DNA of 64,000 nt from Veleropilina oligotropha. Taxonomy: Eukaryota. This document shows positions 9,841-20,700 of the stretch, piece by piece. Each line of letters begins with the position of its first letter. Positions within the stretch are counted from its first letter, which is position 1. Below the pieces are notes generated by a model. It saw only the letters and a list, made by a program, of their open reading frames with translations, was not told the origin of the DNA and made no database searches. Location of the stretch: positions 248,001 through 312,000 of the forward strand of contig JBEUKZ010000115.1 in the NCBI GenBank assembly GCA_048128005.1, written 5' to 3'. Made by a program: the position numbers and the translations under genes.

Positions 9841-10647
9841 CAGGTATTGTAAACAATTAATTGTAATTATACAGTCACTCCGCATTTATGTGCAACTCTA
9901 TTGTGTAGCTTGCTAACAATTAGTGTTGTTTTCATTGTGTTGTCTGCAGTCCAATATTGCTATTTATGGACTGAGACTAAATTGTCAGATCTGAGTTCAC
10001 ATGACACATGCCACTCACATTGAAAGTAGACATTTATAATGCTAAATCTTAAAAGGCGTTTTTTAGATTTTGATATTATTGAAGTTCATTTGCTGTTATG
10101 AGCTTACGGTGTTGCGACATTGAAAAATTTAATATCATTCAATCTTTAAATATTCTTTAAGTAACATGGGGACATGTTTGCATTTCGCTATTTGGTCAAG
10201 CGAATTTATGATTAATATGGAATATAATATGTACGTGTATATATTACTTATATCTATTAATTATTGCATAACTGGTTACATTCACAACCTTTTCAGGTAC
10301 TGTATGTTTGTCGCAAGTTGACTGCATCTTTTGGTTACCGGCCTCGACGCCCAGGATTTACTAAAAGCTGCTTCGGTCCATGACATCTAAGTCCTACAGG
10401 ATTTATCCTCCGGCCTTGCCTGGGGCTGATTGCACTTTCGCGTCACCTTGTCCGACTAACACCTCTGGCGTTTTTTCCCAGGTTCATTGGTCAAAATTCT
10501 GTCGGGGTAAGGGTAGAATTGTAATACTCAGTAATTCCATCCTGAGCGGACGCGAGTCGGCGATACTAGCTGTCTCCATGGTGACAAGTAAGTAACTTGT
10601 TTGGGTATTAATTTCGTTAGAACTTAGCCCACCGTCCAAAGTTATTC

Positions 10648-10736
10648 TGGCATAGGTAATGACGTAAAGTATATTGCTACTAATAAGAGGTTTTTAAGTA
10701 AACCTAGTATTAGTTAGAATATACTTACGTCATTAC
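10648..10736. repeat. DIRS-1 internal complementary region (ICR)
   Basis: Reverse complement equals right terminus joined to left terminus (...AAAAACCTCT-TAT-TAGTAGCAAT...). Equivalent ICRs lie at about 24480-24570, 42900-42989 and 52188-52278. Confidence 0.95.
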
Positions 10737-11040
10737 ACGTCTACCCGCCCTGCTCATGGTATTCGCATCCAACCCCTCTTGCTAAGTTCCTCTACGCACT
10801 GCAGATTCCTCTGACTTAAAAAGGATACCAGATCTGTCTTGGTCTCTGAGGTCTCGCGAGACTTGGGCAGATCTCGTGGGAGGAACGCGAGAGAGGTGAG
10901 CAGGGGGGGTAAGCGTGTAAGTTTAAATGAAAGTGAAACGCTTTTTCACAGTTTCCGGTTTAGCGATAATAGGGCTATTATGGCATAGGTAATGACGTAA
11001 GTATATTCTAACTAATACTAGGTTTACTTAAAAACCTCTT

Positions 11041-12693
11041 TTTACAGACATTCTAGAAACACTTAAACAAAATACAGAGACTCAGACTACACCAAATCAC
11101 CAAAAATTGAAATATTTTATCGCAGAAAATATGTCACATGATATTAATTTCAATATAGAAAGCATATCGTGCGCTGATGTATCCAAATATTTAAAAGAGT
11201 TAGATACCTCAAAGTCTGTTGGATTGGATGGTATTGGACCTAGATTGCTAACTATTGCTTCTGATATCTTAGCTCCATCTCTAACTTATATATTTAACTT
11301 ATCCTTAGGAAAAGGAATTTTCCCCAATGTATTCAAGGAAGGTAAAATTATTCCAATGCATAAAAAAGGGCCAAAATCAAAAGTTGATAATTATAGACCC
11401 ATTTCAATTCTCCCAACTCTATCTAAAGTATTAGAAAAGTATGTTGCCTGTAAACTAAAGGTGTACCTAAACAGTAACAATTTGTTACATCAAAACCAAT
11501 CTGGATCTCGAGAAAAGCACTCTTGTGAGACTGCATTGATAAATTTAACAGACAAATGGTTAACTCAAATGGATGAAGGTAATATCACTGCAACTATATT
11601 TGTCGATTTTAAAAAAGCCTTTGATTTGGTGGATCATACAATTTTGCTGCAAAAACTTGAACTCTATAAATTTAATCCAGGACCATTATCGTGGTTCAAG
11701 TCTTATCTGATAGGTCGAAGACAAAAAGTTTCCATTGGCAGTACAATGTCCTCCTTTCAAACCATGAACTATGGTGTCCCCCAAGGGTCGATTTTAGGAC
11801 CCCTTCTATTTTTGATATATATCAATGATCTCCCTCTTTATTTAAATTCCATGACTGACCTATATGTTGACGATACAACTCTACATCATTCGGGAAAATG
11901 TTTACAACAGATAGAGTCTACACTCAATGATGATATAGCAAATTTAAATAACTGGTGCATCTCAAATGGCATGATTATAAATACCGATAAAACTAAGACA
12001 ATGCTAATAGGAACAAGACAAAAGTTGTCCACCATTAATGACTTGGATATTATACTTAACAATCAGAGGTTAACAAATTCTTCATCAGAGAAACTGTTAG
12101 GCATTATAATTGACAGTAACCTGACGTGGAAATCCCACATAGACATGATTAGCTCTAAAATATCATCTAGGGTCACTCTGCTTCAAAGAACTAAGAAATA
12201 TCTTCCCCTTAAATTAAGAAAACTTTTCTATAATAGCTTCATCCAACCTCTGTCAGATTATTGCTGCACAGTCTGGGGAAATTGCACCCAGGAATCACTA
12301 AATTGTTTATCTAAACTTCAAAAAAGAGCAGCAAGAATTATTCTTGATGCAGAATTTGATGCACCTAGTACTCCCTTATTCCAGTTATTAGAATGGATTC
12401 CTATTAAAGAAAAAATTACTTTTCAAAAAGCAGTACTAATGTATAAATCTCAAAACAATTTAACTCCTAAGTATATTTCAGAAAAATTTTGTATCACCCA
12501 CTATGAATCAAATAAGACCTTAAGATCAGTATCTTCAAAAACCCTTACTCTGCCTAAACCAAAATCTGAATCTATGAGACGGACCTTCACTTACACCGGT
12601 GCGCAAATATGGAACAAGTTACCTCAGGCTATTAAAAGCATAGAAAACATTACCAACTTTCGGAAAAAGATGAAGCAACATGTTTTGAAGTGA
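11041..12693 (+). CDS. LINE ORF2 3' part: reverse transcriptase
   Basis: NYRPISIL, DFKKAFD, GVPQGSILGPLLF, YVDD and LGII motifs. In frame with 2099-3559 once 3560-11040 is removed (STY|FTDILE). Confidence 0.93.
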   Translation, partial: FTDILETLKQNTETQTTPNHQKLKYFIAENMSHDINFNIESISCADVSKYLKELDTSKSVGLDGIGPRLLTIASDILAPSLTYIFNLSLGKGIFPNVFKEGKIIPMHKKGPKSKVDNYRPISILPTLSKVLEKYVACKLKVYLNSNNLLHQNQSGSREKHSCETALINLTDKWLTQMDEGNITATIFVDFKKAFDLVDHTILLQKLELYKFNPGPLSWFKSYLIGRRQKVSIGSTMSSFQTMNYGVPQGSILGPLLFLIYINDLPLYLNSMTDLYVDDTTLHHSGKCLQQIESTLNDDIANLNNWCISNGMIINTDKTKTMLIGTRQKLSTINDLDIILNNQRLTNSSSEKLLGIIIDSNLTWKSHIDMISSKISSRVTLLQRTKKYLPLKLRKLFYNSFIQPLSDYCCTVWGNCTQESLNCLSKLQKRAARIILDAEFDAPSTPLFQLLEWIPIKEKITFQKAVLMYKSQNNLTPKYISEKFCITHYESNKTLRSVSSKTLTLPKPKSESMRRTFTYTGAQIWNKLPQAIKSIENITNFRKKMKQHVLK

Positions 12694-14324
12694 GATACCA
12701 ATTAATTTGATATCTCATTTTCAAGTTTATTATTAACCATAAACTGCACATGCACATATCATTTGATAACTATGTTCTGCCATTGATAATCGTTTAATTT
12801 CTCATTGTTTATTGTAGTGCACTTTTAAAGGTGCTTTTCTGTCATACTTCCGTAGCTCTAACTTGAATATTTTATTGTTTGCATAACTTTTGATGATTGT
12901 GTTATATCCTGTAAATAACTTTGTATTTTATATGTAAATAACATTGTATAGTGACTTTGTTGAGTACACGTTGTGTACTTTTTACTTTTATACTTGTGTA
13001 CAATCTGTCAAACTTTTAATATTATTTCTCATAGTAAATTTAGTAGAGGGACTCAGGGAAGATTAGCAAACCAGCTAACTGTACTGCCTCTTTAAATAAA
13101 GCTTTATTATTATTATTATTATTATTATTACATACAACTAAATATGCACAAGCAAGTACATTTTTGGAAATATGAAACATAGATTTGGCCCATTCAAATA
13201 ATAAACGACTAACATCAGATTTCCGTAAAATTGCGTATTCCGCGTATTGTAGCATAGGCCTAAGTTATTTTGCGGATTACTCATACATTAAATCACCATT
13301 AAACGCCATGAAAGCAGCGCAAATATATTACATATAACTATAAATATAAATAATGACTACTTATTTTGCCAAATGAAACATCACCACTAAACACCATGAA
13401 AGCAAAACAAATACATTACATATACCTAAATATTCACAAATAACTACTTATTAAAGCATGAAATATAGATTTGGTCCATTCAACCACACACGTGACGCGC
13501 ATCAGATTTCCGTAACTTGCGTAGGCCTACTGTATGATATCTATATCAAATATACTTACGTCCTTACTAATGCCATAATAAGCCTATTATCGCTAAATCC
13601 GGACAAGGTGGAAATGGTAATTTTCGCACTTTTTAGTAAATTTAACCCAGTTGACCCACTGACCTGCTCGACCTCCTCAAGTTCATGCCTAATAAAGAGC
13701 TCGCCAACTCCCGCGAGATCCTCGTGACCAAAAGGTCATGACCTCATCCGAAGTTTTCCGCCATCTTGATCAAGTCGCGTTTTACTTTGCTCCATCATCT
13801 GATGTGAATTCGATCTTTCTAGAGCCCGATTTATTAATCAAATAAGCTCATAAGATCGATTGTAGTGTGTAAACACGTTTAGTGGAAAAATTGAGAGTTT
13901 TCCTCCTGAGTGAACCTTCTTAGAAGTTTTTCTGTCGAGTACAGACAGAAGATCTGAAATCAACACCCTCCACTGACGACGCCATCTTGGAATTCTGAAA
14001 AGAACATAAAGAGGACGCTCAGAGGGATATTTAAAGAAGGAAGCTCCTTAGCAATTACTAAGGAGTCAGGAGAGAGTTGTATTATTGATATTGCTTGATT
14101 TGCATTGACAATTCAGCAATTCATTTATATATACGATAATTTCCTCAACGACGTTTTTCTTGCTATAAATTTATGTAATCAAATTTATCGTCGTTGAAAA
14201 GCAGATTGTTTATAATTTAACTAGCGTTATTTTGGTAAATCTGCTAAGTCGGGGATAACACGCCGAATTCTAACAAATTGATATATATACATCCAAGAGG
14301 TTTTTAGGTGTGAAGGGCGGTTTC

Positions 14325-17300
14325 TATGGTGTACGGTTGGGGCCATCGCTTCATCGCTTCATCGACTCTTGTTTAGGTAACGCGATGGAGCGATGCTTCC
14401 ATCGCTCCATAGCTTCATCGACTTCCCCGCCTGTAGTTTTACGTAATGCGATGGAGCGATGAAGCGATGGTGCGATGCGATGAAGCGATCAGGCATGAGA
14501 ATTTTCCGGGTTTACGCGAATTTCCGGGTTTTATTTTTCATTTTTGTCATTTTTTAGATCGATGCAAATTTGTATTCGTAAATATAGGGGGGGTGAGGTC
14601 TTAATTTCGGACGGCCGAGGGTAGAAACTTCGCATAGCGCCAGCAAGCCGAACATGGCAACAAACTTACTTGTCAAAGCATCGGCAATTAAGCCGAACAT
14701 TAACATCACTGATAGTGGGTCATTTACCTCAGTCTGTCTTATGCCAGACTGGTATACATTCACCATTTGCGTAACTATGGCAATGCGCTGTAGTGCCGCT
14801 ATGAGTGTGGTAACAGCCCGCTCGAAAACGAGTCTGCGCACGTGTTTGTAAAGTGAAACCATTTCTGCAGAGACTGGGAAATTCTGTCAGCTGTCAGTCA
14901 TTTTCATGTCTGCCCCCTGGTGGCAATTCGAAATTATCTCCCTTTTGTATTGTGTCGATACATCGAAGGAATTTATTCGCAAAGTTGACAAACCCGTGCG
15001 ATAAGTTGGTGAACTACGCCTCGAGGGGAGCATATGCTCTAATCGAACACTGTTCTAAAGGTGCGAAACATGCAGAGCAAATGACCAGGCCGCTGTTTGT
15101 TTGCCGTTCTCCGACCGACTCAGAAAATATGATGCCGACTCAATAATGTTTTTTTATCTGTGCTGAGCCGGCCGACCGTGATTTAGCAATATTACAGTTT
15201 GGTAAAAAAAATTCCTTCAATAAAACATGATAAAGCCCTCCTGTATTATTTTATTGATTCAACGTCGTTCCAACCCCTGCGCGTCAATCTTTTTTATTTT
15301 TGTAATAAAGGATTTTTTGTAATAAAGGACAAGACATTATCAAATGGTCCGTGTGCATATATTGTAATCAGGGTTTCGTTTCTAAGAAACGTGATCGCGC
15401 GCCAACTGTCTGGGCAAAAACATTCTTTGACAAAACGCAAAATATACCACTACAGGAATATATTGCATATAGATAGATATTCTATTGAAATAACATGGAT
15501 AAAGTTACCTAATAATACCTTCATGCTGTAAATATTATGCAGTCTTTACTCAATGAAAATGTTATAAATTCGTGGCAATCCATGCAGACAAAACAGTCTC
15601 TACTAATGGTGGCTAGCCATGTCTGGGTTTCCATCCCTATCGGCTGTTCCAGTAACGTTAATAGACGGAACAGCCAAATTTGCTGCAGAGTTTGAACTCA
15701 AAGGCAAGAAATTATCAACAGATCTGAGGAAAAACGTCACAAGCACGATCCCTAATTTGCATACATGTCGCAAAACACAGTCCTGGGCACTGACAGCAAT
15801 AAGAAAGGTCAAAGTTTATGAAATGGATTATTTATGGGACGGAAAATAAAAATGAAAGGGCACAGAAAGAGAAAACAACAAATTAAGCAATATAAAAAAT
15901 AATAATGCATGATCATGATGACAAAATAAAAAGTTATTTTATATTTACAAGAAATATAATAGTGAACACCAAGTTAAATATTAAGAACAAATACAATTTG
16001 ATACTATTATTAAAATACAACCACACAGTGCTATTTCACAAACCATGTCTGATGTGTCCATGTCAGTCTTTTTAATTGTACTTTTTAATTTGTGTTTTTA
16101 AATGGTTTTATATTAAAGAAATGTTAACTCTTGCTGTTGTTTTTTCATGGTCCTGGTTTATCCTTTCCAGTCCTAGTTATGATGTTTCTTGTGCTATCAT
16201 ACATGTACTACATCAATATGTAGATTGTCTCAGACATCTGACGCTTTCCTTGGTGTCACTTCTGCACCTTGCACACGTTTGGCACTAAGGAAAGGTGTCA
16301 CTGTCAGCTCCAGCTGCATAGTGTGGCCAATTCACCACTAAGGGTTTATAACCCTGTGGTCCTACAGGCCTCTGCAAATTTATACATTGTCTTTGGTACC
16401 TAGGAAAGGTGTTGCATCTTTTCAGACAGGCTATCTATCTACTGTTATCAGCCAGTCTTGGCAGGCTTGTTAGACATTAGGGTGTGTATTGAAAGCATAT
16501 CGAGGTTATGCATCTGTTGTATATTGCCCGGCTGTTCACAAACGTGGCTACTATGATATGATTTTTGCGTGTATTTTTTTTTATTTTCCTCATCAAATTG
16601 CCAGAAATGACATTCTTTTTTTGTGTGAAAAAAAAAAACCAGACAATCTTTTAAGGATGTCCCATCAAGATGACCAATTCTTCGTTGGAAAACTTTGTTT
16701 CTTCAAAACCGTCGAAGTCACAGACTGACCCTTTCAACTTAAATATTAACTTTTATTGCAGATGAAAACTGTTTTTTCTCATGATTACTAGTGACCTGTG
16801 TTTTCTCTGAGAATGCAGGAAAAGGCTCCAAATAGTGTTCAAATTCAAAATTTTCTTGGGGGGGCATGCCCCCAAACCCCCCTAGTCAGCAGTGTGCTCC
16901 GCACACTGCATTGGGCCCACATCCATATTTTTTCCTCCTAAAATTTATTTTGGTGTTCTCATGCCTGAGCGATGGTAACATCGCGCCATCGCATCGCACC
17001 ATCGCTCCATCGCATCGCACCATCGCTCCATCGCATTACCTAAAACTACAGTCGATGAAGCTATGGAGCGATGTTAACATCGCTCCATCGCTCCATCGCT
17101 TCATGGGTCGGTCATGCGCATTCGTCTGCATAACACTAGTCGGCCATGATGGATGAAAGAATTGTGTTTTACTTTTATGGTGGCTATACTTATACTGAGA
17201 TTCTCGTTTTATTAGAGCGGAATGAAGACATTTCCATGAGGTAAATTATGCTTAGATTCAAATGATCTCGTACAAATGCTCTAAAATGATCAAATATTGA

Positions 17301-18246
17301 TGGATCCATAGAAACATCAATAAACATAACTTATCTCCCTTCTAACAAGCGCCGGTCTCTAATAGGTGCCGGTGGTATGATTGCTCTGAAATATGTGCGG
17401 TAATTTAAAAGCGTAAGTAGTACCAGTTCCAAAAGCTATTGTTAAATGTTCGAGAAGAGGCACTTTTTTAAATTTGGAGCTTTATATATAAATGTTTCTC
17501 AAAGTATATTAAATAGTTTCATTTATATATAGGCCTATATTTATTACCGTTTAGATAAAATTCTAGCCATCTGATTGGCTTAGAACCCGAATATGGCTCT
17601 GTACATTTAATTTACCACGGTAATACGAAAGTCATATTACCAGCTTGGAATCCGTATTACCGTGGTAACCCTCCAATCAGCAACAAGATATCAAAGCGTT
17701 AACTTCGGTTAAGCCAATCATAGCGCTTGTACTATAATTGATCAGATATTTAATGGTGTCTGCTATTGTGAATTTTCCTCGATTCATTTCAATAAAGTGT
17801 CTATTAACATATGAAACTTTAAGCACGCTATATTTAATTTACTAATAAAGTTGTTATACAATGTATTTTATGTAGGCCTACAGTTGGTGTATTAATTAAA
17901 AATAAGACTTTTATGTATGATTTATGTTATCCGTATCGACGGCGCTTTCACTAAATTCAAGCGATGGAGCGATGAAGCGATGGAGCGATGAAGCGATGGA
18001 GCGATGTTAACATCGCTCCATAGCTTCATCGACTGTAGTTTTAGGTAATGCGATGGAGCGATGGTGCGATGCGATGGCGCGATGTTACCATCGCTTCATC
18101 GCATCGCACCATCGCGCCATCGCTCCATCGCATTACGTAAAACTACAGGCGGGGAAGTCGATGAAGCTATGGAGCGATGGAAGCATCGCTCCATCGCGTT
18201 ACCTAAACAAGAGGCGATGAAGCGATGGCCCCAACCGTACACCATA
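14325..18246. mobile_element. IS3EU-like non-autonomous DNA transposon
   Basis: Termini TATGGTGTACGGTTGGGGCC...GGCCCCAACCGTACACCATA; 6-bp TSD GGTTTC (14319-14324 and 18247-18252); long TIRs built of GCGAT/ATCGC arrays; absent from the equivalent site in DIRS-3. Confidence 0.8.
14490..16967. mobile_element. hAT-like non-autonomous TIR element inside the left TIR of the IS3EU-like element
   Basis: 12-bp TIR CAGGCATGAGAA / TTCTCATGCCTG; duplication AGCGAT (14484-14489 and 16968-16973). The empty site is readable in the opposite TIR. Confidence 0.75.
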
Positions 18247-18482
18247 GGTTTCTTATAAAAGAAAGACCTCCCGTTTTTCAATTCGTTGGCCGACTTGTGT
18301 TAAAGAGTTTACCAAAGTCGGTGTTTGGGCGTATAATCCGCCGCAGGTTTTGAGTGTATTTCGGCCTTTTCCAACTCTCGGATCAGGTACAATCGAGGTT
18401 GTAGTAGTAATTTGGTAAACTACCTGTAGAAATACCCTTATCACTTCATACCCCTATCTCCTACCTACCCGTGTACGTAGCT

Positions 18483-20700
18483 ATGGTGCATTGCAGTGTT
18501 TCCGGGTGCAGACAGAAAATCCGTGGTTTTGACAGGCACCCCGAATGCACTGTTCACCGTGTTTGTTTTAGGGGTAAGCATCCGTGTGAGCATTGTACCG
18601 TATTGACAAATCGGCAGTGGGAGATTCTTTTCCCAACGGGGAAGAAAACCAGGGCATCTTCTCCCGATGGGACATCCACCGAGAAGCTTCATAGATTAGA
18701 GACAGGCTTTGATACTATTCTTTCTGTTTCAGATCCTCTCGGTGATAGCCGTGTTGGGACAGCGGCTATCGCGGGATCCGCCATCGGAACCTCTGAGACT
18801 TTGGGGAAAGTCCGAGAATCTTCGTCGGGATCCAAGGTTCAGGTACGAGCCCGAGTGCAGACCGACTCCTCTCCTTTGGGCCTAGTAACCGTTGCTCAGA
18901 GTATCTTGCCGACCAGTAAGATACGTCGAGCGCTGCGGCGAAAAGCTGAACAGGGCAGACAAAACCTTTCCTCTCCTCCGGCCTCGGAGGAGCAAGGCAG
19001 CGTTAGTCCTTCTGCGAGTTTAGTAGCTTCTGAACAAGAAGCGAAACGACTGGCAGAAATAGTTGCTGGGCACCACGAAAGTGGTCGAAGTTCCAGACGC
19101 TCGACGAAACCCATCCTCTCGTCCGACAACGGCGCTAGTTTAAAGACTAATCCCGCCACCGTCGGAGCCCACGAGAACGATGGAAGGCCCATTACCTCCG
19201 ACGATTCTTTTCAAGACGTCCTAGGTGGTGTGGTAGGATCGGCTGCGCTCGGGGCTGAGGAACGGCGGATATTCCACATACCTCACTCGAGCAGGGTTAC
19301 AGACCCGTATGGACTGTGGTCGCAGTCTTACGGGCCGTTCGCACCAGTTAACGTGCCTTCGGGCCGGTTCCCTGGTAGCGGTTTCCCGACAGGTATCCCG
19401 AGACCCTGGTTCTCGGCTCCACCTTTCCGTGCAGCACGTCCACCAAGCGCTACGGTAACCTCGAGCGGACCAATGGCTGTTGGTCCGACGTCCGTCATGC
19501 CTCCGGGTTTCTCGTTCGAGAACGTCCAGGCTATGATTGCGACGGAAGTCGAGTCACGTTGTAGGTCCTGGCTACCGGCTACCCAGCCGCCCCAGGTCCC
19601 AGCGTCTCTGACCGTAACGCCGGGCTCGGCTCATGCTTCGGTGATGACAGTAGATCCTCGTTCCGACGAGGACAGCACTTCTACTCGCTCTGACCTCCCT
19701 GAATCGGTCGGACTCTAGTAGTCTTTCTGGCACGCATGAAGCCGTCTCCGCCACCCGCCGAAGGTACGACGCTGTCGCGTCACTTCGCGGGGTGCTTGAC
19801 TTGCTCGACCCGGCTCGGCCGGTAAGCGTAGTCAGGCACAGGACAGCGGCACGTCGGTTTGTTGGGACGGAAGCCCCCCTGCTTCCTACCCTCCCCCAGT
19901 CTGGGTTGGTCTCGCTCGTCCTCGACTCAGCGACCAAATCCATTCAGGGGTCCAAATCGGTGGAGACTTCCTCTATAACGGAGTACCCTAGTGGTCTGCG
20001 TAAGGGAAGGTACCTCCGGCCCAGTAGGCATCCGATTCCGATCGGTTGCTCTGGGACGTGTCTGGCGACTGAGCCAGTTCAGATCGATGCAGCGATGTGT
20101 CGGCTGTCGGCCAGTACAGCTCCCTCGGTAGTCAAAGTCCCATGGTCCGCCATGGAGGGCTTTGAGAGCTCCGCCCGTCGAGCTCTACGGCATTCCTCCA
20201 TCCAGGATTTCTTCTTGGACGGAGCTATTACCGTACTACAAGAGGATGGACCCCGCGCTCGAGAGATCGCACTGTCCTTCCTCGAAGAGGTTGCCGCCTC
20301 CACGGAGAACTCCGCGTCGGAGTCAGCCCGATCCTTAGGTAACGCTGTCCTACTTCGTAGAGACGCGTGCCTAGACGGCACCACGTTAGACGACGCCACC
20401 CGGCAGTCGCTACGTTGCGTACCGCTGTCGGCCGCTACTCTCTTCGGGGATAAATTCACCGAGTTTGTCGAGAAGAGAGCGGCCGACCTAAAGGATCGCG
20501 CGATCGAGAAGGCAGTCTTGGCTACTCCTCGGAGTACGCCGGCTGCTGCCTCGCGAAAGCGCTCGGGACCGTCCCGGTCTCGTACGCCTTCCAAGCATGC
20601 CAAACCTTCGTATAGTGGGCCTCCTCAGGCCAAGAAATCTACTACGAAGAAGGCACCTCCGACGAAATCCCGTCAGAGCGGGAGAGGGAAGCCGCGGCCT
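18483..20700 (+). pseudogene. DIRS-2 gag, disrupted at about 19718; 3' half runs in frame into the YR ORF
   Basis: ORFs 18471-19718 and 19792-23484 are homologous to DIRS-1 and DIRS-3 gag. Confidence 0.85.

Larger units (their letters stand above)
3560..11040 (+). mobile_element. DIRS-1: full-length DIRS tyrosine-recombinase retrotransposon, near intact
   Basis: ITRs at about 3569-3764 and 10813-11007; right extension to 11040; ICR 10648-10736 complementary to both termini; gag, pol and YR ORFs. Confidence 0.97.
1230..13130 (+). mobile_element. CR1/L2-group LINE, interrupted by DIRS-1 (5' boundary approximate)
   Basis: ORF1 esterase plus zinc knuckles, ORF2 APE endonuclease plus RT, 3' UTR, AATAAA and a (TTA)n tail at about 13104-13130. 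Confidence 0.88.

Noticed and set aside
10380..10595. Small conserved ORF in the DIRS 3' region (CPTN..GVFSQ also in 42632-42823)
   Set aside because: Peptide similarity is limited to one stretch, and indels between subfamilies shift the frame on both sides. Better explained by nucleotide or structure conservation.
13550..13562. ATACTTAC at the DIRS termini resembling the U1 snRNA 5' end
   Set aside because: Only an 8-nt match with no U1 body. It flanks the circle junction symmetrically and is more likely a recombinase-binding arm.
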